Of a stretch of 64,000 bases of DNA, positions 1 through 9,007 are shown piece by piece; position 1 is the first letter of the stretch, and every line of letters begins with the position of its first letter. Both the position numbers and the translations under genes were made by a program. The notes beneath the pieces were generated by a model. It was not told where the DNA came from, made no database searches, and saw nothing but the letters and a program-made list of their open reading frames with translations. Location: the NCBI GenBank assembly GCA_963779225.1, contig CAVZWW010000003.1, positions 1,010,034 to 1,074,033 of the forward strand. The letters run 5' to 3'. This DNA is from an uncultured Bacteroidota bacterium (GTDB taxonomy: Bacteria > Bacteroidota > Ignavibacteria > UBA10030 > UBA6906).

Positions 1-1002
1 GTGGATCCTTCCACGCTGCTGGCGCCTGCGGAGAGCAAGCATCAATGGAGCCCCCGTATCGGCGTATCGTTCCCCATCACCGACAAGGGGATCATCCATT
101 TCTCATACGGTCACTTTTTCCAGATGCCGCCCTTCTCCTATCTCTACGCCAACCCGAACTTCAAATACAGCTTCTCCTCGGGGACGCCGACATTCGGGAA
201 TGCGGATCTGCACCCGCAGAGGACCGTCACGTATGAACTGGGTCTGCAGCAGCAGTTGATGGACAATCTTTCCTTCAACCTTACCGGATTCTACAAGGAT
301 GTGCGTGATCTTCTGGCGATGCAGCAGATCCGGATCAGCGGGGATGAAACGTACTACAAATATGTCAACAAAGACTACAGCAACGTCAAGGGGGTGACGT
401 TCTCGCTCACCAAACGGCGGACCGCAAGCGACATCGTTGGCGCCACACTGGACTACACGTACCAATCTGCCGAAGGGAACGAGACAAATGTCAACGCGTT
501 TTTTGTGGATCTCTCTTCCGGGCGACAGAGCGAGAAGGTGCCCGTCTATCTGGACTGGGATCAGTCGCACACCATCAACGGCACCGTGACGGTGGGGCAG
601 CCGAGCGACTGGAATGTCACGCTGGTAGGCCGGATTGGAACGGGGCTTCCCTACACGCCGCAGATCACGGAACAAACCGTCTACCTGCAAACCAACAGCG
701 GGCGCAAACCGCCGCAGACGCGTGTGGATCTGCTGGCCGACAAAACGTTTAACGTCGCAGGGGTGCGTTTGACCGCATACGTCAAGGTGTACAACCTCTT
801 CGACACCTTGAACGAGCGGTACGTCTACGATGATACCGGTCGTGCCACATATACGCTCGTGCAGAATCAGAATACCGCCCAGGAAACAGACAAGCTGGCC
901 ACGGAGATTCCGGGACTTCATCCGGCCAGCGAATGGTTCGTGCGGCCCGATTACTACCAACCCCCGCGGGAAGTGCGGCTTGGCGCCACCGTGGAATTCT
1001 GA
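1..1002 (+). CDS. TonB-dependent receptor (module 1), C-terminal barrel part; 5' end lies outside the window
   Basis: SPRIGVSFPITDKGIIHFSYGHFFQ, GNADLHPQRTVTYELGLQQ, VYNLFD and terminal PREVRLGATVEF beta-signal; closely parallels the intact receptor at 13643-16483. Confidence 0.9.
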   Translation: MDPSTLLAPAESKHQWSPRIGVSFPITDKGIIHFSYGHFFQMPPFSYLYANPNFKYSFSSGTPTFGNADLHPQRTVTYELGLQQQLMDNLSFNLTGFYKDVRDLLAMQQIRISGDETYYKYVNKDYSNVKGVTFSLTKRRTASDIVGATLDYTYQSAEGNETNVNAFFVDLSSGRQSEKVPVYLDWDQSHTINGTVTVGQPSDWNVTLVGRIGTGLPYTPQITEQTVYLQTNSGRKPPQTRVDLLADKTFNVAGVRLTAYVKVYNLFDTLNERYVYDDTGRATYTLVQNQNTAQETDKLATEIPGLHPASEWFVRPDYYQPPREVRLGATVEF

Positions 1003-1034
1003 CGGCAATGAAGAACGAAAAAGAAGAGAGAAGA

Positions 1035-4000
1035 ATGAAGAACAGGCGTAGTGTTCAACGGGTACGGGTTGTCGACGCTCATCGAGTACAGGCCGTCGAT
1101 GCTTCTGGAGTAGGCGTCGCCGACGCTTGCCGGACGCGGGGCATCGGTTCTTGGCGGATAGGGGTTATCCTTCTTCTGGTACTGCTTGCGGCGGGGAGGG
1201 TGGTGGCGGATGGCACCGATGAGAAGACTGCACGGGAACATCAGGCCGTCAAATCGTATATGGCGCGAACGCTGGGGACACCCGCCTATCAGCAGACGGC
1301 ACCTGCACCAACGGACGGGCTATCCAAATCGCGTGCCGGCGCGCTGGCCAAAGATGCCGCGGTAACGGCACAAGCGGACCGGAAGTCGTTCTTCATGAAC
1401 GGGAACCGGATTGCCACCCAGCTGTACAACTACGGCGGCATCGCTCCCGGATACGATGCTCTCCGCGGCGTGAACAATCTTGTCTGGCGCAATCTGGACT
1501 ACGCGTTCCAGTTCTGCCCGATCGTCGGCGCCTCGGTGCCCGATGCGCGTGATCCTTCCCGTCGTATACATATCATTTCGGACGCTCTGTGGGATTATCC
1601 GGCGCTCCGCGAGGTGAACCCCACAGGGGACACACTCTGGCAGTGGCAACCGCTGCCCGGATACGCCGATCCTGACCAGCCCCTCATGGCCTCCAACCCC
1701 GCCGATGACAAGGACGGAGATGGAAAGCCTGACAGCTGGCCGCGGACCTGGTACAACCCCGTCCTGGGCAAATATGTCTGGCCGGGATACCTCTCCCAGG
1801 ATGCGCCGAGTGCGGACCTGGAAGTGTTCTGGTCGATGGATGACCGTTTCAACATGGAGTTTCCGTACTACCCCTTCCCGGGAGATTCCACGCGCAGAGG
1901 AATCGGCCTGCAGGTGGATGGACGTGCGTTCCAGTGGAGCAATGCGCTGGCCGAGAACACCATCTTTTTCGTCTACACCATAACGAATACCAGTGAAAAG
2001 GATCTGGACAGCGTGTTCTTCGGGATCTACGGAGACCCCGATCTGGGCGGTGGAGCGCCCGAAAATACCGACGACAACGGTTTCTTCATCCCTCCGTATG
2101 ATTCCACAGGCCGCCTGGATGAGATTCCCGTGTACTCCCGGAGTCTTGTCTACTTCTGGGATCCTGACATGAAGGGGGCCCGCGGGCTTCCGCTCGGCTA
2201 TCTCGGGTGCAAATTTCTTGAGAGTCCCGGAAATCCGAACGACGGCATCGACAACGATGGAGACGGGATCATCGATGAGCGGCAGGATGACGGTATTGAC
2301 AATGACGGCGACTGGAGTGCGATATCAGATGACGTCGGCATCGACGGCGTCCCGAACACGCAGGATCAGGGGGAGTCGAACGGTGTTCCAGACGCCGGGA
2401 AACGGCTCGCTGACGGTTCACTGGATCCGCTCTATCCCGGCGAACCCAACTTCGAGCTCACCGACCTTGACGAGGCGGATCAGATCGGGCTCACCAGTTT
2501 CAACAGCTGGCCATGGAATTCGGACAAAATTTCCAACGACGAATCCATGTGGAACCGTTCCATTCCGCGGAATTTCGGTGCGATCCAGCAGAGTTCGGAC
2601 ATTGTCTTCATTTTTGGTTCGGGGTACATTTCCCTCAAGAAGGGAGAGACCAAGCGTATCTCCATGGCCCTGTTGCTCGCCGAGGATCTGGACGGGTTGT
2701 TGACGACGGCGAAAACCGTGCAGACGATTTATAACAAGAACTACCAGTTCTTCCGTCCGCCCATTACGCCGCACCTGACGGTGGTGCCGGATGACAAAAA
2801 GGTGACACTCTACTGGGACACCATAGCCGAACAGAGCGTAGACCCCATCACCGGAAAAGACTTCGAAGGGTATGTGATTTACCGCAGCATCGACAATGGT
2901 TTCAATGATGTGCAGACCGTGACCGACGGCAAGGGGGCGCGGTTCCTAACGGAACCCCTCAAGGATCTCGCGGGCCGGGAGGCAAAATTCGATGTCGCCG
3001 TGCGCGAGGAAACGTACACCGACGTGAACGGAAACGGGAAGTACGACTCTGGTGAACCGTTTGTCGATATCAACAAGGACGGACGCTGGTCGGAGGAGGT
3101 CGAGGATCCCTGGAAGGGATATCATCCCATACCATACCAGGACCGCGGCATCCAGTACTACCTGGGCAACAACCGTGGTCTTGTACATTCGTTCGTCGAC
3201 TCCAACAATGTGATCAACGGTCAGACGTACTATTATGCGGTCGTGGCATACGATCACGGCGACTCCGTCGGAATTCCCCCCACGGAGACCACGAAAAAGA
3301 TCACGGTGGATCCCATCACGTCGTTGTTCAACTTCGACGTCAATACCGCCATGGCGATACCGGGGCCGCGTGCAAGCGGTTATGTGCCGCCAATGGATGC
3401 CGATCTGGTCCGCAATCTGACACACGATACGGGCATCGGCACAGGGATTGTCAGCCCCCGGATTCTCAACGACCTGACCGTGCCCCGGGGAGGGGAATAC
3501 CGCATCTCTTTTGCGGATTCCTTCCAGCTCAACGGGAAGAAGGAGAAGGGGAAGAACTACTCCGTGCTGAATACGAATGCCATCACCGAAACCATCGTCG
3601 CGTTCGACACGAATTACTCGGCGCTCGGCCATGAGAATATCGCCGACGGCGAATCTTTCAGTGTGAAAGGACAGGACGGCACGACGTATGTGAACGAGAA
3701 AGACTACGTTGTCAACTATCAACGGGGTTCAGTACGCCGCACGGGCAACAGCGCGATGCCGAACAACGGTACGTTCACGGCCACGTACCGTTACTACCCG
3801 GTGTTCCAGAGCCGCGCACTCAAGAGCCAGGACTCCAATCCTGTTTTCGAAGGAGTCCTCCTGGCCATACAGGATCATCCGGAGTTGGCGTACGATTCAC
3901 TCCGCTCGAAGTGGATCAGCGGAAACTCCAATTTCGTTTATACCGCCCGGCTGACCCAGATCGGGCAACGGCGGAAGCTCTGGCCCGCGGACTATGAAAT

Positions 4001-4706
4001 CCGTTTTTCCGCGCAGAACATCGACACCGCGATGGTGGTGTCGGGGGGGCTGATCAAGATTCCGGTGCGGTATTCGGTAACCGACGTAACGCAGGGTACA
4101 CCATCTCGCATTCTCACGCTGTTGAACGAAAACTCTGCAAGCAGGGACAGGCAGTGGAGTCCCGGCGAGGAGATTGTTCTGTTCCGTCCCGGCTCCACCG
4201 GAGCCACGACGGACACGACCACCTGGGGTGTCATCGTCTCCAAACCCCCGGATACCAGCATAACCCCGCGTGTTCCCACGGATGGAGATGTTCTGCTGAT
4301 CCGGACCCGCCGGCCGTTTGGCACTGACGACGCCTTCACGCTGAAGACCGAAGCCGGAACGATGGATGCCGCCGTTGCGTCTTCGCGCATGGACCAGATA
4401 TACGTTGTTCCCAACCCGTACGTCGGGTACAGCACCATCGAACCGACCAACCGGCTGCCCGGGGCGACACGCGGTGAGCGGAGGATCTATTTTGAGAACC
4501 TCCCGCAGCGCTGCACGATCCGGATCTTCACGATCAACGGCGATCTGGTGCAGACGATCGAACACGACTCCGGTGTGGACAACGCGCGCGAATACTGGAA
4601 CCTCCTCAACCGGGACGGATTCGGCGTCGCGTACGGTGTCTATGTGGCACACCTTGACGCACCGGAGGTGGGGGAAAAGATCTTGAAGTTTGCGCTGATC
4701 AAGTAA
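1035..4706 (+). CDS. Large exported TBDR-partner protein (module 1): Ca-binding DxDxDG loops, FN3-like domain, beta-rich stalk, variant T9SS C-terminal domain
   Basis: ORF 933-4706; start uncertain (ATG 1008 or 1035); hydrophobic signal IGVILLLVLLAAGRVVA; NDGIDNDGDGIID repeats; FN3-like PPITPHLTVVPDDKKVTLYWD..FEGYVIYRS; C-terminus IYVVPNPY..IYFENLPQRCTIRIFTINGDLV..KFALIK. Confidence 0.85.
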   Translation: MKNRRSVQRVRVVDAHRVQAVDASGVGVADACRTRGIGSWRIGVILLLVLLAAGRVVADGTDEKTAREHQAVKSYMARTLGTPAYQQTAPAPTDGLSKSRAGALAKDAAVTAQADRKSFFMNGNRIATQLYNYGGIAPGYDALRGVNNLVWRNLDYAFQFCPIVGASVPDARDPSRRIHIISDALWDYPALREVNPTGDTLWQWQPLPGYADPDQPLMASNPADDKDGDGKPDSWPRTWYNPVLGKYVWPGYLSQDAPSADLEVFWSMDDRFNMEFPYYPFPGDSTRRGIGLQVDGRAFQWSNALAENTIFFVYTITNTSEKDLDSVFFGIYGDPDLGGGAPENTDDNGFFIPPYDSTGRLDEIPVYSRSLVYFWDPDMKGARGLPLGYLGCKFLESPGNPNDGIDNDGDGIIDERQDDGIDNDGDWSAISDDVGIDGVPNTQDQGESNGVPDAGKRLADGSLDPLYPGEPNFELTDLDEADQIGLTSFNSWPWNSDKISNDESMWNRSIPRNFGAIQQSSDIVFIFGSGYISLKKGETKRISMALLLAEDLDGLLTTAKTVQTIYNKNYQFFRPPITPHLTVVPDDKKVTLYWDTIAEQSVDPITGKDFEGYVIYRSIDNGFNDVQTVTDGKGARFLTEPLKDLAGREAKFDVAVREETYTDVNGNGKYDSGEPFVDINKDGRWSEEVEDPWKGYHPIPYQDRGIQYYLGNNRGLVHSFVDSNNVINGQTYYYAVVAYDHGDSVGIPPTETTKKITVDPITSLFNFDVNTAMAIPGPRASGYVPPMDADLVRNLTHDTGIGTGIVSPRILNDLTVPRGGEYRISFADSFQLNGKKEKGKNYSVLNTNAITETIVAFDTNYSALGHENIADGESFSVKGQDGTTYVNEKDYVVNYQRGSVRRTGNSAMPNNGTFTATYRYYPVFQSRALKSQDSNPVFEGVLLAIQDHPELAYDSLRSKWISGNSNFVYTARLTQIGQRRKLWPADYEIRFSAQNIDTAMVVSGGLIKIPVRYSVTDVTQGTPSRILTLLNENSASRDRQWSPGEEIVLFRPGSTGATTDTTTWGVIVSKPPDTSITPRVPTDGDVLLIRTRRPFGTDDAFTLKTEAGTMDAAVASSRMDQIYVVPNPYVGYSTIEPTNRLPGATRGERRIYFENLPQRCTIRIFTINGDLVQTIEHDSGVDNAREYWNLLNRDGFGVAYGVYVAHLDAPEVGEKILKFALIK

Positions 4707-4819
4707 GTGAGCACAGGGGAAGGGGATTGACGATTGACGCCCGGAGAGCTGAAATTGGTGATCGAAAGAGAGAGAACCACACGACGCATGAAACGAGATT
4801 TTCTGTTCATGGAGGATGT

Positions 4820-5881
4820 ATGAGAATCCCAAACCAGAGAAGGCATATTGCGATGATGCCCGCCGGACCGGGGACGAAGATGGTGATGCTGGTTATGCTG
4901 CTGTTTCTGGCGGCCCCGATGGTGCTGCCGCAGAATCTCACGAAAACCGGAACGTCTGCGGCCCCATTTCTCAAGATCGGCGTCGGCTCCCGCGCCCTGG
5001 GTATGGGCGGTGCATTTACCGCAACGGCCGATGACATCACCGCCATGTACTGGAATCCCGGCGGTCTTGCCCGCCTGTACTCCCGCGAGGCCGTGTTCAA
5101 CCATGTCCGGTGGTTCGCTGACGTGAATTACGACTTTGCCGCGTTCGCCACATACCTCCCCGGATTCGGAACGCTGGGGGCATTTGTGGATGTTCTCTCG
5201 ATGGATGACATGTTCGTGCGCACGGTTGAACAGCCGGAAGGGACCGGAGAGTTCTTCAACGCGGGTGCCATGGCCATCGGCCTCAGTTACGGGCGGGATC
5301 TGACGGACCAGTTCTCGATAGGGTTCAACGTGAAGTACCTCCGCGAGTATATCTGGAACATGGCCGCAACAGGTGTGGCGATGGACATCGGTACGATTTA
5401 CCGCATTCCCATTCTGAACGAGTTCCGGCTCGGCGCAAGCATCTCGAATTTCGGGACAAAGATGCGTCTGGAGGGGCGCGACAACCTGATGATTACCCAG
5501 ATCGGCGGTACGGAAGGGAATCTGATCAATACCGATGTCCAGCTGGATGAGTTTGACCTTCCTCTCCTGTTTCGCGTGGGCGTTGCCGCGGACGTGCTGA
5601 AAGCCGAAGAAACACGCCTGACCGTTGCGCTGGACGCGATCCATCCCAATGACAATACCGAGTATCTGAATACGGGCCTGGAGTTCGCCTGGAACGAGAT
5701 CGTGTTTCTCCGGGGAGGTTGGAAATCCCTCTTCGAACGGGATACCGAGCAGGGATTCACCGCGGGCGTTGGCCTGAACTACCGCATCCTGGGCGAGTTT
5801 ATGGTGAAGCTGGACTATGCCTACCAGGATTGGGGACGGTTGAAGAACGTGCACTATCTGACGTTCGGATTGAAATTCTGA
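4820..5881 (+). CDS. PorV/PorQ (UPF0164) family outer-membrane beta-barrel (module 1)
   Basis: GGAGGA SD at 4811-4816; KTGTSAAPFLKIGVGSRALGMGGA, YWNPGGLA and terminal YLTFGLKF are typical of the FadL-like PorV family. Confidence 0.85.
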   Translation: MRIPNQRRHIAMMPAGPGTKMVMLVMLLFLAAPMVLPQNLTKTGTSAAPFLKIGVGSRALGMGGAFTATADDITAMYWNPGGLARLYSREAVFNHVRWFADVNYDFAAFATYLPGFGTLGAFVDVLSMDDMFVRTVEQPEGTGEFFNAGAMAIGLSYGRDLTDQFSIGFNVKYLREYIWNMAATGVAMDIGTIYRIPILNEFRLGASISNFGTKMRLEGRDNLMITQIGGTEGNLINTDVQLDEFDLPLLFRVGVAADVLKAEETRLTVALDAIHPNDNTEYLNTGLEFAWNEIVFLRGGWKSLFERDTEQGFTAGVGLNYRILGEFMVKLDYAYQDWGRLKNVHYLTFGLKF

Positions 5882-5910
5882 CGGGCGGGACAGTATACCG
5901 GAGGTGCCTC

Positions 5911-6531
5911 ATGACTCAACGTTCTCTGCCACTCTTCTTTCTTCTCCTCATGCTGCCTGTCTTCTCGCGGTCGCAGACCGCAAGCGACGAGCTGGTGAAC
6001 GTGAAGGAGCTCATCCCCGATATTGCCATCGACCTCAAGTACAACACCGTCGACAACTTCCTGCATCAAAAAATGTACACGACGGACGAATGCCTGCTGG
6101 CGATGGGAACGGTGAAGCAATTGAAGAAGGTCCAGGATTCCCTCCGTACACTCGGTCTCGGACTGAAGATCTTTGACGGTTACAGGCCGCGGGCAGTGCA
6201 GTACCTCATGTTCGAGATCTTTCCGAACCCGGTCTACGTGGCCGACCCCGCCACGGGCTCGAACCACAACCGGGGTGGTGCAGTGGACCTGACGCTGGTG
6301 AACCTCGCGACCGGTCAGGAATTGCAGATGCCCACCGCGTTCGACTATTTCGGGAATGAAGCATCACATGGATGGACCATCGGCTTGAACCAGGAACAGA
6401 TCAACAACCGCGTCTTCCTGCTCACCATGATGGAAACAGTGGGCGGGTTTACACGATACGATGCCGAGTGGTGGCACTACGCATACTCACCGTCGCTGGC
6501 GAACCCGCTGCTGGATTTTCAAATGAAGTGA
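5911..6531 (+). CDS. D-Ala-D-Ala dipeptidase (peptidase M15D, VanX/DdpX family) with signal peptide
   Basis: FDGYRP, SNHNRGGAVDLTL (SxHxxGxAxD Zn motif), MPTAFD and EWWH; GGAGG SD; N-terminal MTQRSLPLFFLLLMLPVFSRSQ. Confidence 0.9.
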   Translation: MTQRSLPLFFLLLMLPVFSRSQTASDELVNVKELIPDIAIDLKYNTVDNFLHQKMYTTDECLLAMGTVKQLKKVQDSLRTLGLGLKIFDGYRPRAVQYLMFEIFPNPVYVADPATGSNHNRGGAVDLTLVNLATGQELQMPTAFDYFGNEASHGWTIGLNQEQINNRVFLLTMMETVGGFTRYDAEWWHYAYSPSLANPLLDFQMK

Positions 6532-6646
6532 CACGCGCAGCGGAGCGCTAAATGGGGAGGCCTGAATGATACATCCCCTGGGTCCGGACCGATGTCCGGC
6601 AACTTCGTGACTCCGCCGGCGGTCCATGAAATACGAAAGTTCCCCT

Positions 6647-8929
6647 ATGAACCCATCACCGAAGCTTTTATGCCTGGCGCTGTTTGCGCCTGCCTTCTTT
6701 GCGTCCTCCCTTCCTGCCCAGACCGAGAATCTGGTGAACGCCTTGCAGGACTCCACGCAGCGCGATCCGCAGATCGAGCGTGACGGTGCGGGGAATATGG
6801 TTGTGGTATGGACTGCGGAAGATTATGCCGGCGTGAAATCCCACGGAGATATTGTGATGCGGAGACTTCAACCGGACGGTACACCGGTTGGCTCGGAACT
6901 GCTCGTGAATACGATCACCGCAGGCGACCAGGAACGGCCTGCGACCGCCATGAATGCCGCCGGGGATCTGGTTGTGGTCTGGGCTTCCTTTGTCGACAAC
7001 GATTCCTCCTATGACATCAAAGCCCGGCGCTTCAAAAACGGAGTGCCGCTCGGCGATGAGTTTCTCGTGAATACGGCCCGTCTGAAGACGCAGACCAATC
7101 CGGACGTCGCGGTGGATTCGGCCGGGAATGCCGTCGTGGTGTGGGATTCATGGACCGATCTGTCGGACCGGGAAGTGATGGGCCGGCTGTTCGGGCCGGA
7201 CGGGTTGCCGCTCACAGGCGAGTTTATGGTCAACACGACTATTGCCTACAGCCAGGCCAGGCCCGCTGTCACCATGCGGCGCGACAGAAGTTTCGTGGTC
7301 GTGTGGGAATCGTGGAAGCAGGACAGTCCCACGCCTGCAGGATACGGCATGTATGCACGGCTGTTCGGGCCGAATGCCACCCCGCTGACGGGCGAACTCC
7401 CCGTGAATACTTATACCGCGGATTATCAATGGTACGGTGATGTGGAATCGTTCGACGACAACAGTTTTGTCGTTGTCTGGTGCAGCTGGGAACAGGACGG
7501 GGCTGACGGAAGCATCGTGCTGCAACGGTTCTCACCGGACGGGACAAAGATCGGGGGGGAGGTGGCGGTCAACGCGACGACCGCGAACTACCAATGGCTC
7601 CCGCGCATCCGGAAATTTGAAGACGGGAGTTTTGCCGTGATCTGGTCCAGCTGGAAGCAGGACGGTAGCCGGGAGGGGGTGTATGCCCAGCTGTTCGACG
7701 CCGCCGGCCGTAAGACGTCATTCGAAACGCAGCTGAATGTCACGACGGAAAGTTTTCAGTGGGAACCCGATGCGGTAACATCCGGACCGAACACGCTGAC
7801 GGCGGTCTGGTCCAGCTGGGGCCAGACCGGCAAGGATTATGACATCGTGGTGCGCCGCGTCATGCCCGCTCTCCCGCAGGGATTTGTCAACCCTCAGACG
7901 GTGGGGCACCCCTTCGGGCGAACCACCACCCGCATTACCGTGCAGGTGCTGGATTCCCTCGCGTTGACAGGAAACACGTACGAGGTGTTTTTCGACTCTC
8001 TTTCAGGCAAGCGCGCTCTTCTGAACGCACGAAACGTCACAACCGGCGATACACTTGTGCGCGCATACGCGGTCGACCGGGGAGAGAATGTCTTCTACCT
8101 CACCCCGCAATTCCAGGGCGTGGCCGTTGAGGTCGTGCCGGAATTCGATCTGGATATCGACTTTGCGGGGTCCTCCATGGTCAACCGGTCGGGCACCAAT
8201 ATCAGCTTTCTGGTGAACAACCCGACGGCGGGCCTCAAACTTCTTGCGCCGATTGACATTGCTCTGTGCTGGGGGAATACCGACACGCTTGCGGACGGCA
8301 GCTATGCAACGCCGCTGGACACGGCACTGAGCAGCAGTGGAAAGCGGGAGGTGGTGGTGCCCTTCCGCGCATGGAACCTGACGGACAATCAGAAGATGGA
8401 CCTGCTGGTTGTCGAATCGGTGGTGAACAAACGGTGGAACCCCTCCGAAAAGATCATTTTCCTGACACCTCCGGCCTACAGGTCTGCGACAAATAATACC
8501 TGTGCCGAGCTCCGTCCGACGGTTCCGGGAGGTCCCCTGGTGATGCCCGCTGCCGGGGATACAAACTACATCCTTACGACGAAGCCGATCCGGCAGGGGG
8601 AGACATTCACGTTTACCACCGGCCGGGCGACCGTGCTTGATGTGCCCGCTCCGGCGGGTCAGCCCGGGGCGTATGCTCTTGCGCAGAACTATCCGAATCC
8701 ATTCAATCCTTCCACCACGATCAACTATAGCGTCCCGCGGGCCGGACGTGTTGCCCTGCGTGTATACAATGTGCTCGGGCAGCTTGTTGCGACGCCGGCG
8801 GACGGCGTGCACAACGCCGGGAGCTACAGGGTCAGATTTGACGGGGGGTCTCTGGCGAGCGGGGTATATTTCTACCGGTTGGAATGGGAAGGGCGGTCGC
8901 TGACGCAGAAGATGATGCTTGTAAAGTAG
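6647..8929 (+). CDS. T9SS type-A cargo: seven-repeat beta-propeller + stalk domain + CTD
   Basis: Seven ~55-aa repeats ExxVN..Q..P...G..VVVW; signal peptide; AQNYPNPFNPSTTINY..SGVYFYRL..KMMLVK; start at 6626 or 6647. Confidence 0.85.
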   Translation: MNPSPKLLCLALFAPAFFASSLPAQTENLVNALQDSTQRDPQIERDGAGNMVVVWTAEDYAGVKSHGDIVMRRLQPDGTPVGSELLVNTITAGDQERPATAMNAAGDLVVVWASFVDNDSSYDIKARRFKNGVPLGDEFLVNTARLKTQTNPDVAVDSAGNAVVVWDSWTDLSDREVMGRLFGPDGLPLTGEFMVNTTIAYSQARPAVTMRRDRSFVVVWESWKQDSPTPAGYGMYARLFGPNATPLTGELPVNTYTADYQWYGDVESFDDNSFVVVWCSWEQDGADGSIVLQRFSPDGTKIGGEVAVNATTANYQWLPRIRKFEDGSFAVIWSSWKQDGSREGVYAQLFDAAGRKTSFETQLNVTTESFQWEPDAVTSGPNTLTAVWSSWGQTGKDYDIVVRRVMPALPQGFVNPQTVGHPFGRTTTRITVQVLDSLALTGNTYEVFFDSLSGKRALLNARNVTTGDTLVRAYAVDRGENVFYLTPQFQGVAVEVVPEFDLDIDFAGSSMVNRSGTNISFLVNNPTAGLKLLAPIDIALCWGNTDTLADGSYATPLDTALSSSGKREVVVPFRAWNLTDNQKMDLLVVESVVNKRWNPSEKIIFLTPPAYRSATNNTCAELRPTVPGGPLVMPAAGDTNYILTTKPIRQGETFTFTTGRATVLDVPAPAGQPGAYALAQNYPNPFNPSTTINYSVPRAGRVALRVYNVLGQLVATPADGVHNAGSYRVRFDGGSLASGVYFYRLEWEGRSLTQKMMLVK

Positions 8930-8952
8930 CCCGGGGCATGCGCGATACGACA

Positions 8953-8987
8953 AGGCCCGCCTGCGCACGATGAGCGCAGGCGGGCCT
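8953..8987. terminator. Hairpin between convergent genes (probable bidirectional terminator)
   Basis: Perfect 14-bp stem AGGCCCGCCTGCGC / GCGCAGGCGGGCCT with a 7-nt loop; no clear U-tract. Confidence 0.6.
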
Positions 8988-9007
8988 CTGAGCGAGTAAC
9001 AGCCCTG

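Noticed and set aside
5911-6531. vanX as a vancomycin-resistance gene
   Set aside because: No vanH, vanA or vanRS neighbours; it has a signal peptide; the host is diderm; the context is PG catabolism
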